A DNA stretch of 64,000 nt from the NCBI GenBank assembly GCA_947165295.1, contig CAMUZU010000006.1, positions 20,358 to 84,357 of the forward strand, written 5' to 3'. This document shows positions 25,941-34,305 of the stretch, piece by piece (the first letter of the stretch is position 1; each line of letters starts with the position of its first letter). Under the pieces are notes generated by a model. The model was not told the origin of the DNA and made no database searches. It was given only the letters and a program-made list of their open reading frames with translations. Source of the stretch: an uncultured Selenomonadales bacterium (GTDB taxonomy: Bacteria > Bacillota > Negativicutes > Selenomonadales > Selenomonadaceae). Made by a program: the position numbers and the translations under genes.

Positions 25941-26981
25941 CGGCTGTCGGCGGGCAAGCCTCGTCTGCGGTTCATGGAAGTTTGCGGCACGCACACCGTC
26001 GCGATTTTCCGTTCGGGCATTCGGCAAATCCTTCCCGAAAACGTCGAGCTTGTGTCGGGGCCCGGCTGTCCCGTTTGCGTCACCGACGACGATTTTGTCG
26101 ACAAGGCGATCGCTTACGCACGCAAGAAAAATTTCATCGTGGCGACGTTCGGCGACATGCTCAAAGTTCCCGGCACGCGTTCGACATTGGCACGGGAAGT
26201 AGCGAACGGCGCACGCGTCGAGGTCGTTTATTCGCCGCTGGACTGCCTGGACATCGCGAAGAAACATCCGCGCAAGTCGGTAATTTTTTTGGCGGTCGGT
26301 TTCGAGACGACGGCTCCGACGCAAGCGGCGACGGTCTTGGCGGCACGGGCTCACGGCGTGAAAAATTTGTTCATGCTGTCGGCGCAGAAACTTGTTCCGC
26401 CCGCGTTGAAATTTTTGCTTGACGACGCGGCTGTCAACGTCGACGGATTTTTGTTGCCGGGACATGTGGCGGTTGTCACGGGCGCGGACGAATTCAACTT
26501 CCTTGCGGACGAATTCAAAATCCCGTCGGCTGTCAGCGGCTTCGAGGCGGACGAAATTTTGACGGCGTTGACGAGTCTGCTTGAACAGGTCGACACGGGT
26601 CAAGTTCGCGTCGCCAACGATTATCGCAAGGTCGTCACAGCTCAAGGCAACGTCACCGCGAAAAAAATTCTCGCGCAGGTTTACGAGGTCACGGACGCTT
26701 CGTGGCGCGGCATGGGCATGATTGCGAATTCGGGTCTGAAGTTGCGCGACGAATTTGCCGACTTCGACATTGAACGCGTCGAGCCGATTGAAGTTGAACG
26801 CGTCGAAAAGAAGTCCGCCTGTCGTTGCGGTGAAGTTCTGCGCGGCATCGTCAAGCCGACGGATTGTCCGCTGTTCGGCAAGGTCTGTCAGCCGCTTCAC
26901 GCCATCGGCGCGTGCATGGTTTCCGTCGAAGGCGTCTGCGCGACCTGGTTCAAGTACGGCGGCGGGAAATTTAATTTTTGA
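25905..26981 (+). CDS. hypD: Hydrogenase maturation protein HypD
   Basis: 358 aa with FMEVCGTHT, GPGCPVCVT and the C-terminal ...CACGEVL-like Cys motif. Confidence 0.92.
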   Translation: MADTLKLVKKISRLSAGKPRLRFMEVCGTHTVAIFRSGIRQILPENVELVSGPGCPVCVTDDDFVDKAIAYARKKNFIVATFGDMLKVPGTRSTLAREVANGARVEVVYSPLDCLDIAKKHPRKSVIFLAVGFETTAPTQAATVLAARAHGVKNLFMLSAQKLVPPALKFLLDDAAVNVDGFLLPGHVAVVTGADEFNFLADEFKIPSAVSGFEADEILTALTSLLEQVDTGQVRVANDYRKVVTAQGNVTAKKILAQVYEVTDASWRGMGMIANSGLKLRDEFADFDIERVEPIEVERVEKKSACRCGEVLRGIVKPTDCPLFGKVCQPLHAIGACMVSVEGVCATWFKYGGGKFNF

Positions 26982-27017
26982 TTCGGCGACATCGTTTCAA
27001 TTCTCGACAACAAAAAA

Positions 27018-27049
27018 GCGCGTCTCCAAACTCGGAGGCGTGCTTTTTG
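27018..27049. terminator. Bidirectional terminator between hypD and the JAB gene
   Basis: 10-bp stem GCGCGTCTCC/GGAGGCGTGC flanked by A6 and T5. Confidence 0.6.
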
Positions 27050-27053
27050 TTTG

Positions 27054-27428
27054 TCACAGGACGTATTGAAAAAATTTGTCTTCGTCGGGCAGGTAGAGCA
27101 ACATCAAAATTTCGGGCAACGCGCAAGTTTCTTTGATTTTTTTCGCGTAACTCACGTCACAGGAAGACAACCGAGCGTCACCTTTCGGATGAGTATGCAC
27201 GAAGCCGACGAAGGCAATTCCTTCCGCCGCCCACTCGCGAATTACTTCGTTGAGCTTGCGAACGTCGGGAATGTAATTGTTTTCCGTCGTGGTTCCCGTA
27301 ATATCGGGATAAAATTTCGTCACGACGCCTCTGCCGTCAACACCAAGGATACCGCCTGTTTCCCGGAGGCACAAAGTTTTTTTGATCTCATCGAGCACCG
27401 ATTTTTCAGTCGGAATTTCTTCTGCCAT
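27054..27428 (-). CDS. JAB/MPN (JAMM) metalloprotease domain protein
   Basis: 124 aa. Upstream Glu (RETGGILG) and a complete JAMM motif HTHPKGDARLSSCD (H.H.7.S..D). Confidence 0.75.
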   Translation of the reverse strand: MAEEIPTEKSVLDEIKKTLCLRETGGILGVDGRGVVTKFYPDITGTTTENNYIPDVRKLNEVIREWAAEGIAFVGFVHTHPKGDARLSSCDVSYAKKIKETCALPEILMLLYLPDEDKFFQYVL

Positions 27429-27609
27429 AGTCGCAGGAATCGTTGCCGTCCACCCAACGGCCGTAATGACCGCAGTAATATTGGTTTCGGCTGCTGTTGT
27501 ATTCGCCGCGGTAACTGCAGTCGGCGCAACAAAACCGAGCGAACTTGCCTTCGGGAATCGTCACAGGGACGACTTTTTTGACTTCAACTTTCTGCTCAAC
27601 ATCTTTCAT
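27406..27609 (-). CDS. Small Cys-rich protein (67 aa)
   Basis: GGGAGGT RBS. Sequence ...FCCADCSYRGEYNSSRNQYYCGHYGRWVDGNDSCDY. The 3' end overlaps the JAB start by 23 nt. Confidence 0.55.
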   Translation of the reverse strand: MKDVEQKVEVKKVVPVTIPEGKFARFCCADCSYRGEYNSSRNQYYCGHYGRWVDGNDSCDYGRRNSD

Positions 27610-27716
27610 GAATTATCAACCTCCCAAAACACAATAAACGCTTGAACCGAAAACTTTATCAACCTCCCTTCGTCGAAAGAAATTTTATATCGCACCGCAA
27701 ATCACATGTGCGCAAT

Positions 27717-28037
27717 TCAATCGTATGTGTTCAGTTTGCCGCTCAAAAGTTCTGCGTTGTACTTGTTGATTTTTACGTATGCCCAAGCCATGCAAATCAG
27801 GTTTACGGTCGGAATTGTTATAAACAAGCTGAATCCGAAAGTAAAAAGTCCGATGAGGGCGAATACGCAGTCCACGGCAATCATGATTATACCGCCGGAA
27901 ATAGTGGCATAAAGCAAACCGATCGGACCGAAAAGCAAGGTCAACATCAAGCCGATACCCATGCTTTTGGGCGAGCGGGCAATGATATATTTTTGTTCGC
28001 CTTGCACGTTCGGAGGAAGATTTTGATTTTCGTTCAA
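27717..28037 (-). CDS. Small integral membrane protein
   Basis: 106 aa with 2-3 TM helices. TTG start lies 8 nt after AAAGGAG. Confidence 0.6.
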   Translation of the reverse strand: MNENQNLPPNVQGEQKYIIARSPKSMGIGLMLTLLFGPIGLLYATISGGIIMIAVDCVFALIGLFTFGFSLFITIPTVNLICMAWAYVKINKYNAELLSGKLNTYD

Positions 28038-28067
28038 ATCAAAGACTCCTTTCGCTGAAAGAAATTT

Positions 28068-29078
28068 TTACGCTTCCCGCCACGAAGAAGTTTCGCGGTT
28101 GTAGACGTAACTTTGACCGCTTGCAAGTTTGAAAGTCGGCGAAATGTTGTCGCTTAAGGAAACCATTGCAACTTCGCCCGTGTTGAATTCGATTGCGATT
28201 GAATTGTCGCTTACCGACGTCGAAACAATGTCGCTCAAGGCCGCGTCGTAAAAGTGAACAGTGTCCGCGCCGTCGGTGTCGAAGACCAGGTCGTTGCCGT
28301 CGGTTCGGCTGACGAAAATGTTATCCGCCTGCGCCGTGCCGAAAAATTCGTTCGCGTTGCTCCAAGTTTCGTCTGAAGCCATGTCGTAAGATGAAGTCGA
28401 AATTCCGAGTGCCGTCTTGTAGTTGGCGATAAGTTCTTCAAAGGCGGCTTGCGATTCGTTGGAGGTGAACACGTTGACGCCCGTAAGCGCGCCGTTTTCC
28501 ACAATGACAACGTCGCCGTATATGCTTGAAAACATTACGTGATTTTCGATGACTTGTCCCGTCCATTCGGCAATGGAACCGTAGATGTAAATGACGTCTT
28601 GAGCTTTGTGGTCACGAATTTCATCATAACCGCAGTATGGAGCGATTTCAAAAATATCGACACCGTCACCGCTGACCAGTCTGTCGTAAGAAAAATCCAT
28701 GCTGCCGCCGTTTAAAGTTGCCATGCCGGAAGCGAAATTTGCAACGATATCTGAACCACCGTCGCCGCTCAAATAAACAGCAGAAGCGTTATCGGATATG
28801 TTAGCGACAATGTCGTCTCCCGCGCCGCCGAATAAAAATCCCATACTCGACATATTGCTCAGCGTATCATTGCCATCGCCTCCCGCTAAAAATGCGGGCA
28901 CAATATTCATCATTGTATCATCGCCGATACCGCCGTCAGTATAAGAAAGAAAGCCAGCTGTAAAGATGGTGTCGTTGCCACCGTAGCCGTAGACGTATCC
29001 TGAGTTGACGTAGTTTTCGATATAGTCGGCGTCTGCGGTACCTTCGACGGTGTTCAACGTCGTGTTGTAAATGTCCAT
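28068..29078 (-). CDS. RTX-like calcium-binding repeat protein
   Basis: 336 aa with repeated GG.G.D nonapeptide-type motifs (GGNDTIF, GGIGDDTM, GGDGNDTL, GGAGDDIV, GDGGSDIV). No N-terminal signal peptide. AAGGAGAG RBS. Confidence 0.7.
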   Translation of the reverse strand: MDIYNTTLNTVEGTADADYIENYVNSGYVYGYGGNDTIFTAGFLSYTDGGIGDDTMMNIVPAFLAGGDGNDTLSNMSSMGFLFGGAGDDIVANISDNASAVYLSGDGGSDIVANFASGMATLNGGSMDFSYDRLVSGDGVDIFEIAPYCGYDEIRDHKAQDVIYIYGSIAEWTGQVIENHVMFSSIYGDVVIVENGALTGVNVFTSNESQAAFEELIANYKTALGISTSSYDMASDETWSNANEFFGTAQADNIFVSRTDGNDLVFDTDGADTVHFYDAALSDIVSTSVSDNSIAIEFNTGEVAMVSLSDNISPTFKLASGQSYVYNRETSSWREA

Positions 29079-29182
29079 AAACTCTCTCCTTCCGAAAACA
29101 ACAATCGAACTGCCGCAAAACTTGTTACGCCATAAGCCTCATCTCTTTCCGAAAGTTAAAGACAACTTCAAAACCTGCGGCG

Positions 29183-29215
29183 ATTATACACAAATTAACC
29201 CCCCCCCCGTGTCAA
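29183..29215 (-). promoter_or_regulatory. Promoter of the RTX-like gene with a G10 tract in a 21-nt spacer
   Basis: On the minus strand, TTGACA-cGGGGGGGGGGttaatttgtg-TATAAT. Confidence 0.45.
29199..29208. repeat. Homopolymer C10 (G10 on the minus strand)
   Basis: Counted in ...caaattaaCCCCCCCCCCgtgtcaag... Confidence 0.9.
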
Positions 29216-29267
29216 GAGTTATTTTAAAATCACGGCGACAAACTCAATGCGGCGAAGTCACTGCGCA

Positions 29268-29296
29268 TTGATATTTTCACGGCGGGGATATATAAT
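29268..29296 (+). promoter_or_regulatory. Promoter of hypE
   Basis: TTGATA-17 nt-TATAAT. Confidence 0.6.
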
Positions 29297-29325
29297 TCCG
29301 CAAAAAAATTAACGGAGAACTTTTT

Positions 29326-30321
29326 ATGGACGACAAAATTTTGGCGGCACACGGCGCGGGCGGCAAGTTGAGTTCGCAGCTGTTGCACGAAGTGATTCTG
29401 CCCGCCTTCGACAACGAAATTTTAAACGAGCTTCACGACGGCGCGAAAATCGGTCGACTTGCAATGACGACGGACAGTTACGTCGTGCGGCCGATTTTTT
29501 TTCGCGGCGGAAACATCGGCAAACTCGCGATTTGCGGCACGGTCAACGATTTGGCCGTCACGGGCGCAATTCCAAAATTTATTTCCGTCGGCTTGATTAT
29601 CGAAGAAGGCTTCGACATCTCCGCGCTGAAAAAAATCGTCGGCTCAATGGCAGATGCGGCGCGTGAGTCCGGCGTCAAAATCGTCACCGGCGACACAAAA
29701 GTTGTCGGCAAAGGTCAGGCGGACGGAATTTTTATCAACACCGCAGGCGTCGGCGAACTGATTAACGGCGTCGATATTTCTGCAAAAAACGTTCGCGCAG
29801 GCATGAAAGTTCTAATTTCGGGCACAATCGGCGACCACGCAACGACAATTCTCGCAGGAAGACACGGTTTACAGCTTCCCGACAGCGTAAAATCCGATTG
29901 TGCGCCCTTAAACGGCCTGATTAAAGAAATTTTGACCGTCGAACCGCAAATTTCTATGCTTCGTGACGCTACTCGCGGCGGAATTGCCGCTGTGTTGAAC
30001 GAAATTGCCCAATCAGCGCACGTCGGCATACTGATTGACGAAAAAAACATCCCCGTGCATGATGAAATTCGCGGCGTGTGCGATATTTTGGGCTTCGACG
30101 TGCTTGAACTCGCCAATGAAGGCAAATTTATCGCGATTGTGCCCGAAAATTCCGCCGAAAACGTTCTTTCGGTCATGCACAAGCACATTTACGGCAAAAA
30201 CGCGGCCATTATCGGCGAAATCACGTCGAATTCGCCCGAAAAAGTCGGTTTGAAGACTTTAATCGGCGGTGTACGCATTGTTGACATGCCTGCAGGCGAA
30301 CTTGTGCCGCGAATTTGCTGA
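29326..30321 (+). CDS. hypE: Hydrogenase maturation protein HypE
   Basis: 331 aa, AIR-synthase-like fold, with the HypE C-terminal ...PRIC. Confidence 0.92.
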   Translation: MDDKILAAHGAGGKLSSQLLHEVILPAFDNEILNELHDGAKIGRLAMTTDSYVVRPIFFRGGNIGKLAICGTVNDLAVTGAIPKFISVGLIIEEGFDISALKKIVGSMADAARESGVKIVTGDTKVVGKGQADGIFINTAGVGELINGVDISAKNVRAGMKVLISGTIGDHATTILAGRHGLQLPDSVKSDCAPLNGLIKEILTVEPQISMLRDATRGGIAAVLNEIAQSAHVGILIDEKNIPVHDEIRGVCDILGFDVLELANEGKFIAIVPENSAENVLSVMHKHIYGKNAAIIGEITSNSPEKVGLKTLIGGVRIVDMPAGELVPRIC

Positions 30322-30334
30322 GGAGGCGACCTTC

Positions 30335-32428
30335 ATGGAGCAACGAACGCGTGAAATCTTGAAATTTCTGCTTCGCGAACAAGATTTTCGCACAACAGCC
30401 GAGGTTGCGGCTCAAATTTCCGTCAGCGCAAAGACTATTTCGCGTCAACTGCCCAAAGTTGAGCAAGTTTTGAACTCCGCAGGCCTAAAACTCGAAAAAA
30501 AGTCCGGCGCAGGCCTCTTAATCGTCGGAAGTGAGGTCAAACGCTACGCTTTGGCCGCTCATTTGAAGTCAATCGACAAAAAAGAGTACACTCCGAGCGA
30601 AAGACGGTCGATTATCATCAGTAAATTGCTTTCAAGCCGCGAACCGATTAAACTTTTCGTGCTTTCAAGCGCAGTTCACGTCACTGATTCGACGATTAGC
30701 AACGATTTGGACAAGTTGGAGCCCTGGTTTCGCGAACAAAGCCTTAAACTTTTGCGAAAACCGGGTCTCGGAGTCAGTTTGCTCGGCGATGAACGCGATT
30801 TTCGACGCGCAATCGTGCGTTATATCTATAATCACGTCGGCGAAGAGCGTTTGCTCGGCCTTTTGCAGGACAATTTGCCCGAAAATGACGACGCATCGGT
30901 CGCTCAAGTGTCAAAATTCCTGCTTGAACTCATTGATGCGGGCGAATGGCGGCGTTTGGAGCAACTTATTCGCGTCACGGAGGCCGATTTGGGCTGCAGA
31001 TTGTCCGATAATGCCTTTATCGGGCTTGTTGTGCACCTTTCGTTGGCACTTCGACGCATAAAACACCACGAATCTATCACTTTGGACAACGAAATCACCG
31101 TTCGACTGCGTGAAACTCGCGAATTTGCCGCCGCGAAGAAACTTTCAAGCAAAATTTCGGAGATTTTCGGCGTCGAAATGCCCGAAAGCGAAATTTTTTA
31201 CATCACAATGCACATTTTGGGCGCACGAAGCCGTTTCAGCTCCGCAAATTTGGGAAATATCTCCATGATGGACAATTTTCGGCTCGTTACGTTGGCAAAA
31301 AAGGTCATGAAACACGCCGCGAACATCACCGGACGCGATATTGATAAGAATCAGAGCCTTTTGGCGGGTCTCGTGAACCATCTTGCGCCCACAATCAGCC
31401 GTTTAAAGCTCAATATGGACATCCGCAACCCACTTTTGAACGAAATTCGCACGCATTACCCCGAATTAATGAGTTTAACGCGCCGTTGCGTCGCAGAAAT
31501 TGAGTCTGAAGTCGGAAAAACGCTCCCCGAAGCCGAAATTGCCTACATTGCAATGCATTTGGGCGCGGCTTTGTCCGACAGTGAGAAGTTTTTGCACGCA
31601 ATTCACCGCGTTGTTGTCGTTTGTCCGACCGGAATGGGCACTTCAAGGCTTTTGGCAAGCCGTTTGCGCGCAAATTTCCCCACGATCAAGATTGTAGACG
31701 AAATTCCCGTGCTTGAATTGACTTCCGACTACATTTCAAGCAAAGATTTCGACTTTATCGTCTCGACTGTGCCGATTTCGCGGGCAAAACGACCCGTTAT
31801 CGTCGTCAGTGCCGCGTTAATCGACTCAGATAAGCAAAAAATCGACGCCGAACTGTCCCGACAGAACAAAAATTTCCTCGCAAGTGCCGAAGAACCCGAA
31901 TGGAGGCCGCAATTTTTCGATGCAATGACGAAAATCACCGCTTACGGCCGCACAATCGCCGAATTGATGACGAATTTCTTCTTTGTACGCGAAAAAATCG
32001 ACTCAATCAACGCCGCGTGCGAACTTGCGGGCAATTTGGCGGGCGAAAACCCCGAAAATCGCCAAGAAATTGCCAAATCGTTGCTTTTGCGCGAAGATGA
32101 AGGCTCAACTTTGATTGTCGGGCGGCATATGATACTTTTACACTGCAAAAGTGCCGCCGTGAAGGCCGCTTCGTTCGGAATTTTGCAACTCGGCGACGGT
32201 TTTTGCTATCCTGCGGGCTCTGAAGTCGTAAAAACTGCGATTGTTTTGCTTGCGCCGGCCGATTCCGACGAATGCGCGCTCGAAACTATCGGTCATATCG
32301 CTTCCGTGCTCTTGGATCGCTGGGGATTTATCGAAATTCTTCACGAAGGCGACGGAAATGAGATTCGCAGCGAGATTTTGAAGATTTTTGAGGACTTCTA
32401 TCGAACGCGCCTGAAGGAACTGCTGTAA
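30335..32428 (+). CDS. PRD-domain transcriptional regulator with PTS EIIB-like and EIIA-like modules (MtlR/LicR type)
   Basis: 697 aa. N-terminal wHTH (ILKFLLREQDFRTTAEVAAQISVSAKTISRQL), PRD segments (YITMHILGA, YIAMHLGAA), EIIB-like VVVCPTGMGTSRLLASRLR and a C-terminal EIIA-like domain. Confidence 0.8.
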   Translation: MEQRTREILKFLLREQDFRTTAEVAAQISVSAKTISRQLPKVEQVLNSAGLKLEKKSGAGLLIVGSEVKRYALAAHLKSIDKKEYTPSERRSIIISKLLSSREPIKLFVLSSAVHVTDSTISNDLDKLEPWFREQSLKLLRKPGLGVSLLGDERDFRRAIVRYIYNHVGEERLLGLLQDNLPENDDASVAQVSKFLLELIDAGEWRRLEQLIRVTEADLGCRLSDNAFIGLVVHLSLALRRIKHHESITLDNEITVRLRETREFAAAKKLSSKISEIFGVEMPESEIFYITMHILGARSRFSSANLGNISMMDNFRLVTLAKKVMKHAANITGRDIDKNQSLLAGLVNHLAPTISRLKLNMDIRNPLLNEIRTHYPELMSLTRRCVAEIESEVGKTLPEAEIAYIAMHLGAALSDSEKFLHAIHRVVVVCPTGMGTSRLLASRLRANFPTIKIVDEIPVLELTSDYISSKDFDFIVSTVPISRAKRPVIVVSAALIDSDKQKIDAELSRQNKNFLASAEEPEWRPQFFDAMTKITAYGRTIAELMTNFFFVREKIDSINAACELAGNLAGENPENRQEIAKSLLLREDEGSTLIVGRHMILLHCKSAAVKAASFGILQLGDGFCYPAGSEVVKTAIVLLAPADSDECALETIGHIASVLLDRWGFIEILHEGDGNEIRSEILKIFEDFYRTRLKELL

Positions 32429-32436
32429 ATTTTCAC

Positions 32437-32464
32437 CCCGTCAACCGTGACGGGAATTTTTTTT
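32437..32464 (+). terminator. Intrinsic terminator after the PRD regulator
   Basis: CCCGTCA-ACCG-TGACGGG plus a T8 run. Confidence 0.8.
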
Positions 32465-32555
32465 GCGACAACGTCACGACGTGAAAACTGTACTCGACAG
32501 ACGGTTACGCGCCCGAAAAAATTGTGTTACACTTGCGACGAAAGGAGGCACGTCC

Positions 32556-33455
32556 ATGAAAGATTATGTCGCTGAATTCCGACAAGCCGTCGCCGCCATT
32601 GACGCCGACGCGCAACGGGTCAACATCATCAACGCCGGCATCATGAATCACGGCAAAAGTTCGCTGCTTAATTCGTTGCTCGACAAAGTTGTTTTCGCCG
32701 AACAAGACGTGCGCACGACGATTGCAGTTCAAGCCGAACATTGGCGCGACAACGTTTATTTAATTGACACGCCCGGTCTTGACGCGAAATCCGAAGACGA
32801 CACCGCCGCTTACGAGGCCTATCGACGCGCCAACGTTATTTTGTTCGTCCACCGCGTCGACACGGGCGAATTGCACAGGGACGAAATCGACGGTCTCAAT
32901 CGAATCAAAAACATTTTCGCAGGCGGAAACTTCGTCGAACATTTTTGCTTGATTTTTACTGTCACCGATTCAAAGGAAACGCCCGAAGATCTCAAAGTCA
33001 TTTGCGACAAATCGCTTGCCGACATCAAAAATCACTGCGGACTGTCGGGCTTCAGAAATTTTTGCGTGTCGAATTCGCTGTACAGGCAGGGCAAAGACGA
33101 ACACGAAGATTTATTCGTCGAGGACAGCGGCGTCCTTGAACTGCGCGAATATCTCGAACGAAATTTCGACAAGTGGCGCGGAGAAAATCAAGCCGTCCGC
33201 AACGCCCGAATTGCCCGCGAAAAAGACGACTTCATTTCGCGACTGCAACGGGAGCGTTCCGACGTTCAAGCGCGTATTCAGTCGAAAAGCGAACGAATTC
33301 GGCAGCGTCAACAAAATTTTTTGCACAAAGTCGAAACGGCGTTAAGTCAGCGGCGCGACGACGAATCACGTTACAATTCCGAATCACGGCGGCTTGACGA
33401 AATGCGTCGCGAACTGCAAAATCTGCGTGACCGTTGGAACCGCGAACGTTACTGA
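32556..33455 (+). CDS. GTPase (dynamin/Era-like G domain) with a C-terminal coiled coil
   Basis: 300 aa. G1 AGIMNHGKSS, G3 DTPGL. The R/E/Q-rich C-terminal ~100 aa is heptad-like. AAAGGAGG RBS. Confidence 0.75.
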   Translation: MKDYVAEFRQAVAAIDADAQRVNIINAGIMNHGKSSLLNSLLDKVVFAEQDVRTTIAVQAEHWRDNVYLIDTPGLDAKSEDDTAAYEAYRRANVILFVHRVDTGELHRDEIDGLNRIKNIFAGGNFVEHFCLIFTVTDSKETPEDLKVICDKSLADIKNHCGLSGFRNFCVSNSLYRQGKDEHEDLFVEDSGVLELREYLERNFDKWRGENQAVRNARIAREKDDFISRLQRERSDVQARIQSKSERIRQRQQNFLHKVETALSQRRDDESRYNSESRRLDEMRRELQNLRDRWNRERY

Positions 33456-33474
33456 AATTTTCGGAGGTGATTTT

Positions 33475-33876
33475 ATGGCGTTCATTTGGGCTGTACCTGC
33501 GGGCGCGCTCGTTTACAAAGCCGCTCACGGCGATTATTCCGACCACAGCAGACACAGCAGGTATCACGAATACGGCGATTCGGCTTTGCGTGAACAAATT
33601 CGTCGCAAGGAGACCGACATCAGCCGCAAAGAATCCGACGTTGAAACTGCGCGTCGACGCATGGAAGACAATTTCAATTCGCGTGTCAATGAACTTAAGC
33701 GCGAACGAAATTATTCGGGCTTGAATTACGTGCCGAACATGATGGTTTCCGAAGTCAAAGACAACATGCGCCGCGAACTTGACAACGAACTCAAGCACGA
33801 CCGCGACGAACTTGCCGCCATTGACGATATGATTAGCCGAATTAACGAACTTGAATTGCAGGTGAAGCGCAAATGA
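33475..33876 (+). CDS. Coiled-coil protein, paralog 1 (hydrophobic N-terminus plus His/Ser/Tyr-rich patch)
   Basis: 133 aa. MAFIWAVPAGALVYKAAHGDYSDHSRHSRYHEYGDS..., then a coiled coil. GGAGGTG RBS. Confidence 0.65.
   Translation: MAFIWAVPAGALVYKAAHGDYSDHSRHSRYHEYGDSALREQIRRKETDISRKESDVETARRRMEDNFNSRVNELKRERNYSGLNYVPNMMVSEVKDNMRRELDNELKHDRDELAAIDDMISRINELELQVKRK
33764..33836 (+). repeat. 73-nt segment identical to 34192-34264 (3' ends of the two coiled-coil paralogs)
   Basis: Compared base by base by eye. Confidence 0.85.
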
Positions 33877-34301
33877 GCGACCTTGAAGATTATTACTACG
33901 AAAGGTTTGCAGAAGCTTTTAATTGTGAAAATGTAGCGCGTACAATATTTCGTTCAATTGCGGGAGCTACGGGTCTTGCCGTCAAAGGTGTCAACGACAA
34001 ACTCGCCGAAATTCGTTGGGCGATTGAAGACAAAGAAAAATTGATTCGCCGCAAAGAATTCGACGTTGAAAATCTTCGGCGTTGCGTCGACGAAAATTTT
34101 TCGACACGAATCAACGAACTTCGTCGCGAAAAATTTTATCCCGCGTTTAACTACTCGACGACCGCGAATTTGTTGACGAACATCAAAGCCGACATGCGCC
34201 GCGAACTTGACAACGAACTCAAGCACGACCGCGACGAACTTGCCGCCATTGACGATATGATTAGTCGGATTAACGAATTGGAACTTCAAAGCACAAGGTG
34301 A
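33873..34301 (+). CDS. Coiled-coil protein, paralog 2
   Basis: 142 aa with an ATGA overlap with paralog 1. The C-terminal 35 aa is identical to paralog 1 (MRRELDNELKHDRDELAAIDDMISRINELELQ). Confidence 0.65.
   Translation: MSDLEDYYYERFAEAFNCENVARTIFRSIAGATGLAVKGVNDKLAEIRWAIEDKEKLIRRKEFDVENLRRCVDENFSTRINELRREKFYPAFNYSTTANLLTNIKADMRRELDNELKHDRDELAAIDDMISRINELELQSTR
34192..34264 (+). repeat. 73-nt segment identical to 33764-33836
   Basis: Compared base by base by eye. Confidence 0.85.
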
Positions 34302-34305
34302 TTTT

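Noticed and set aside
27051-28058. I considered the plus-strand ORFs 27051..27581 and 27642..28058 in the hyp island.
   Set aside because: They are shadows of the JAB, Cys-rich and membrane-protein genes on the minus strand, which have RBSs and recognisable motifs.
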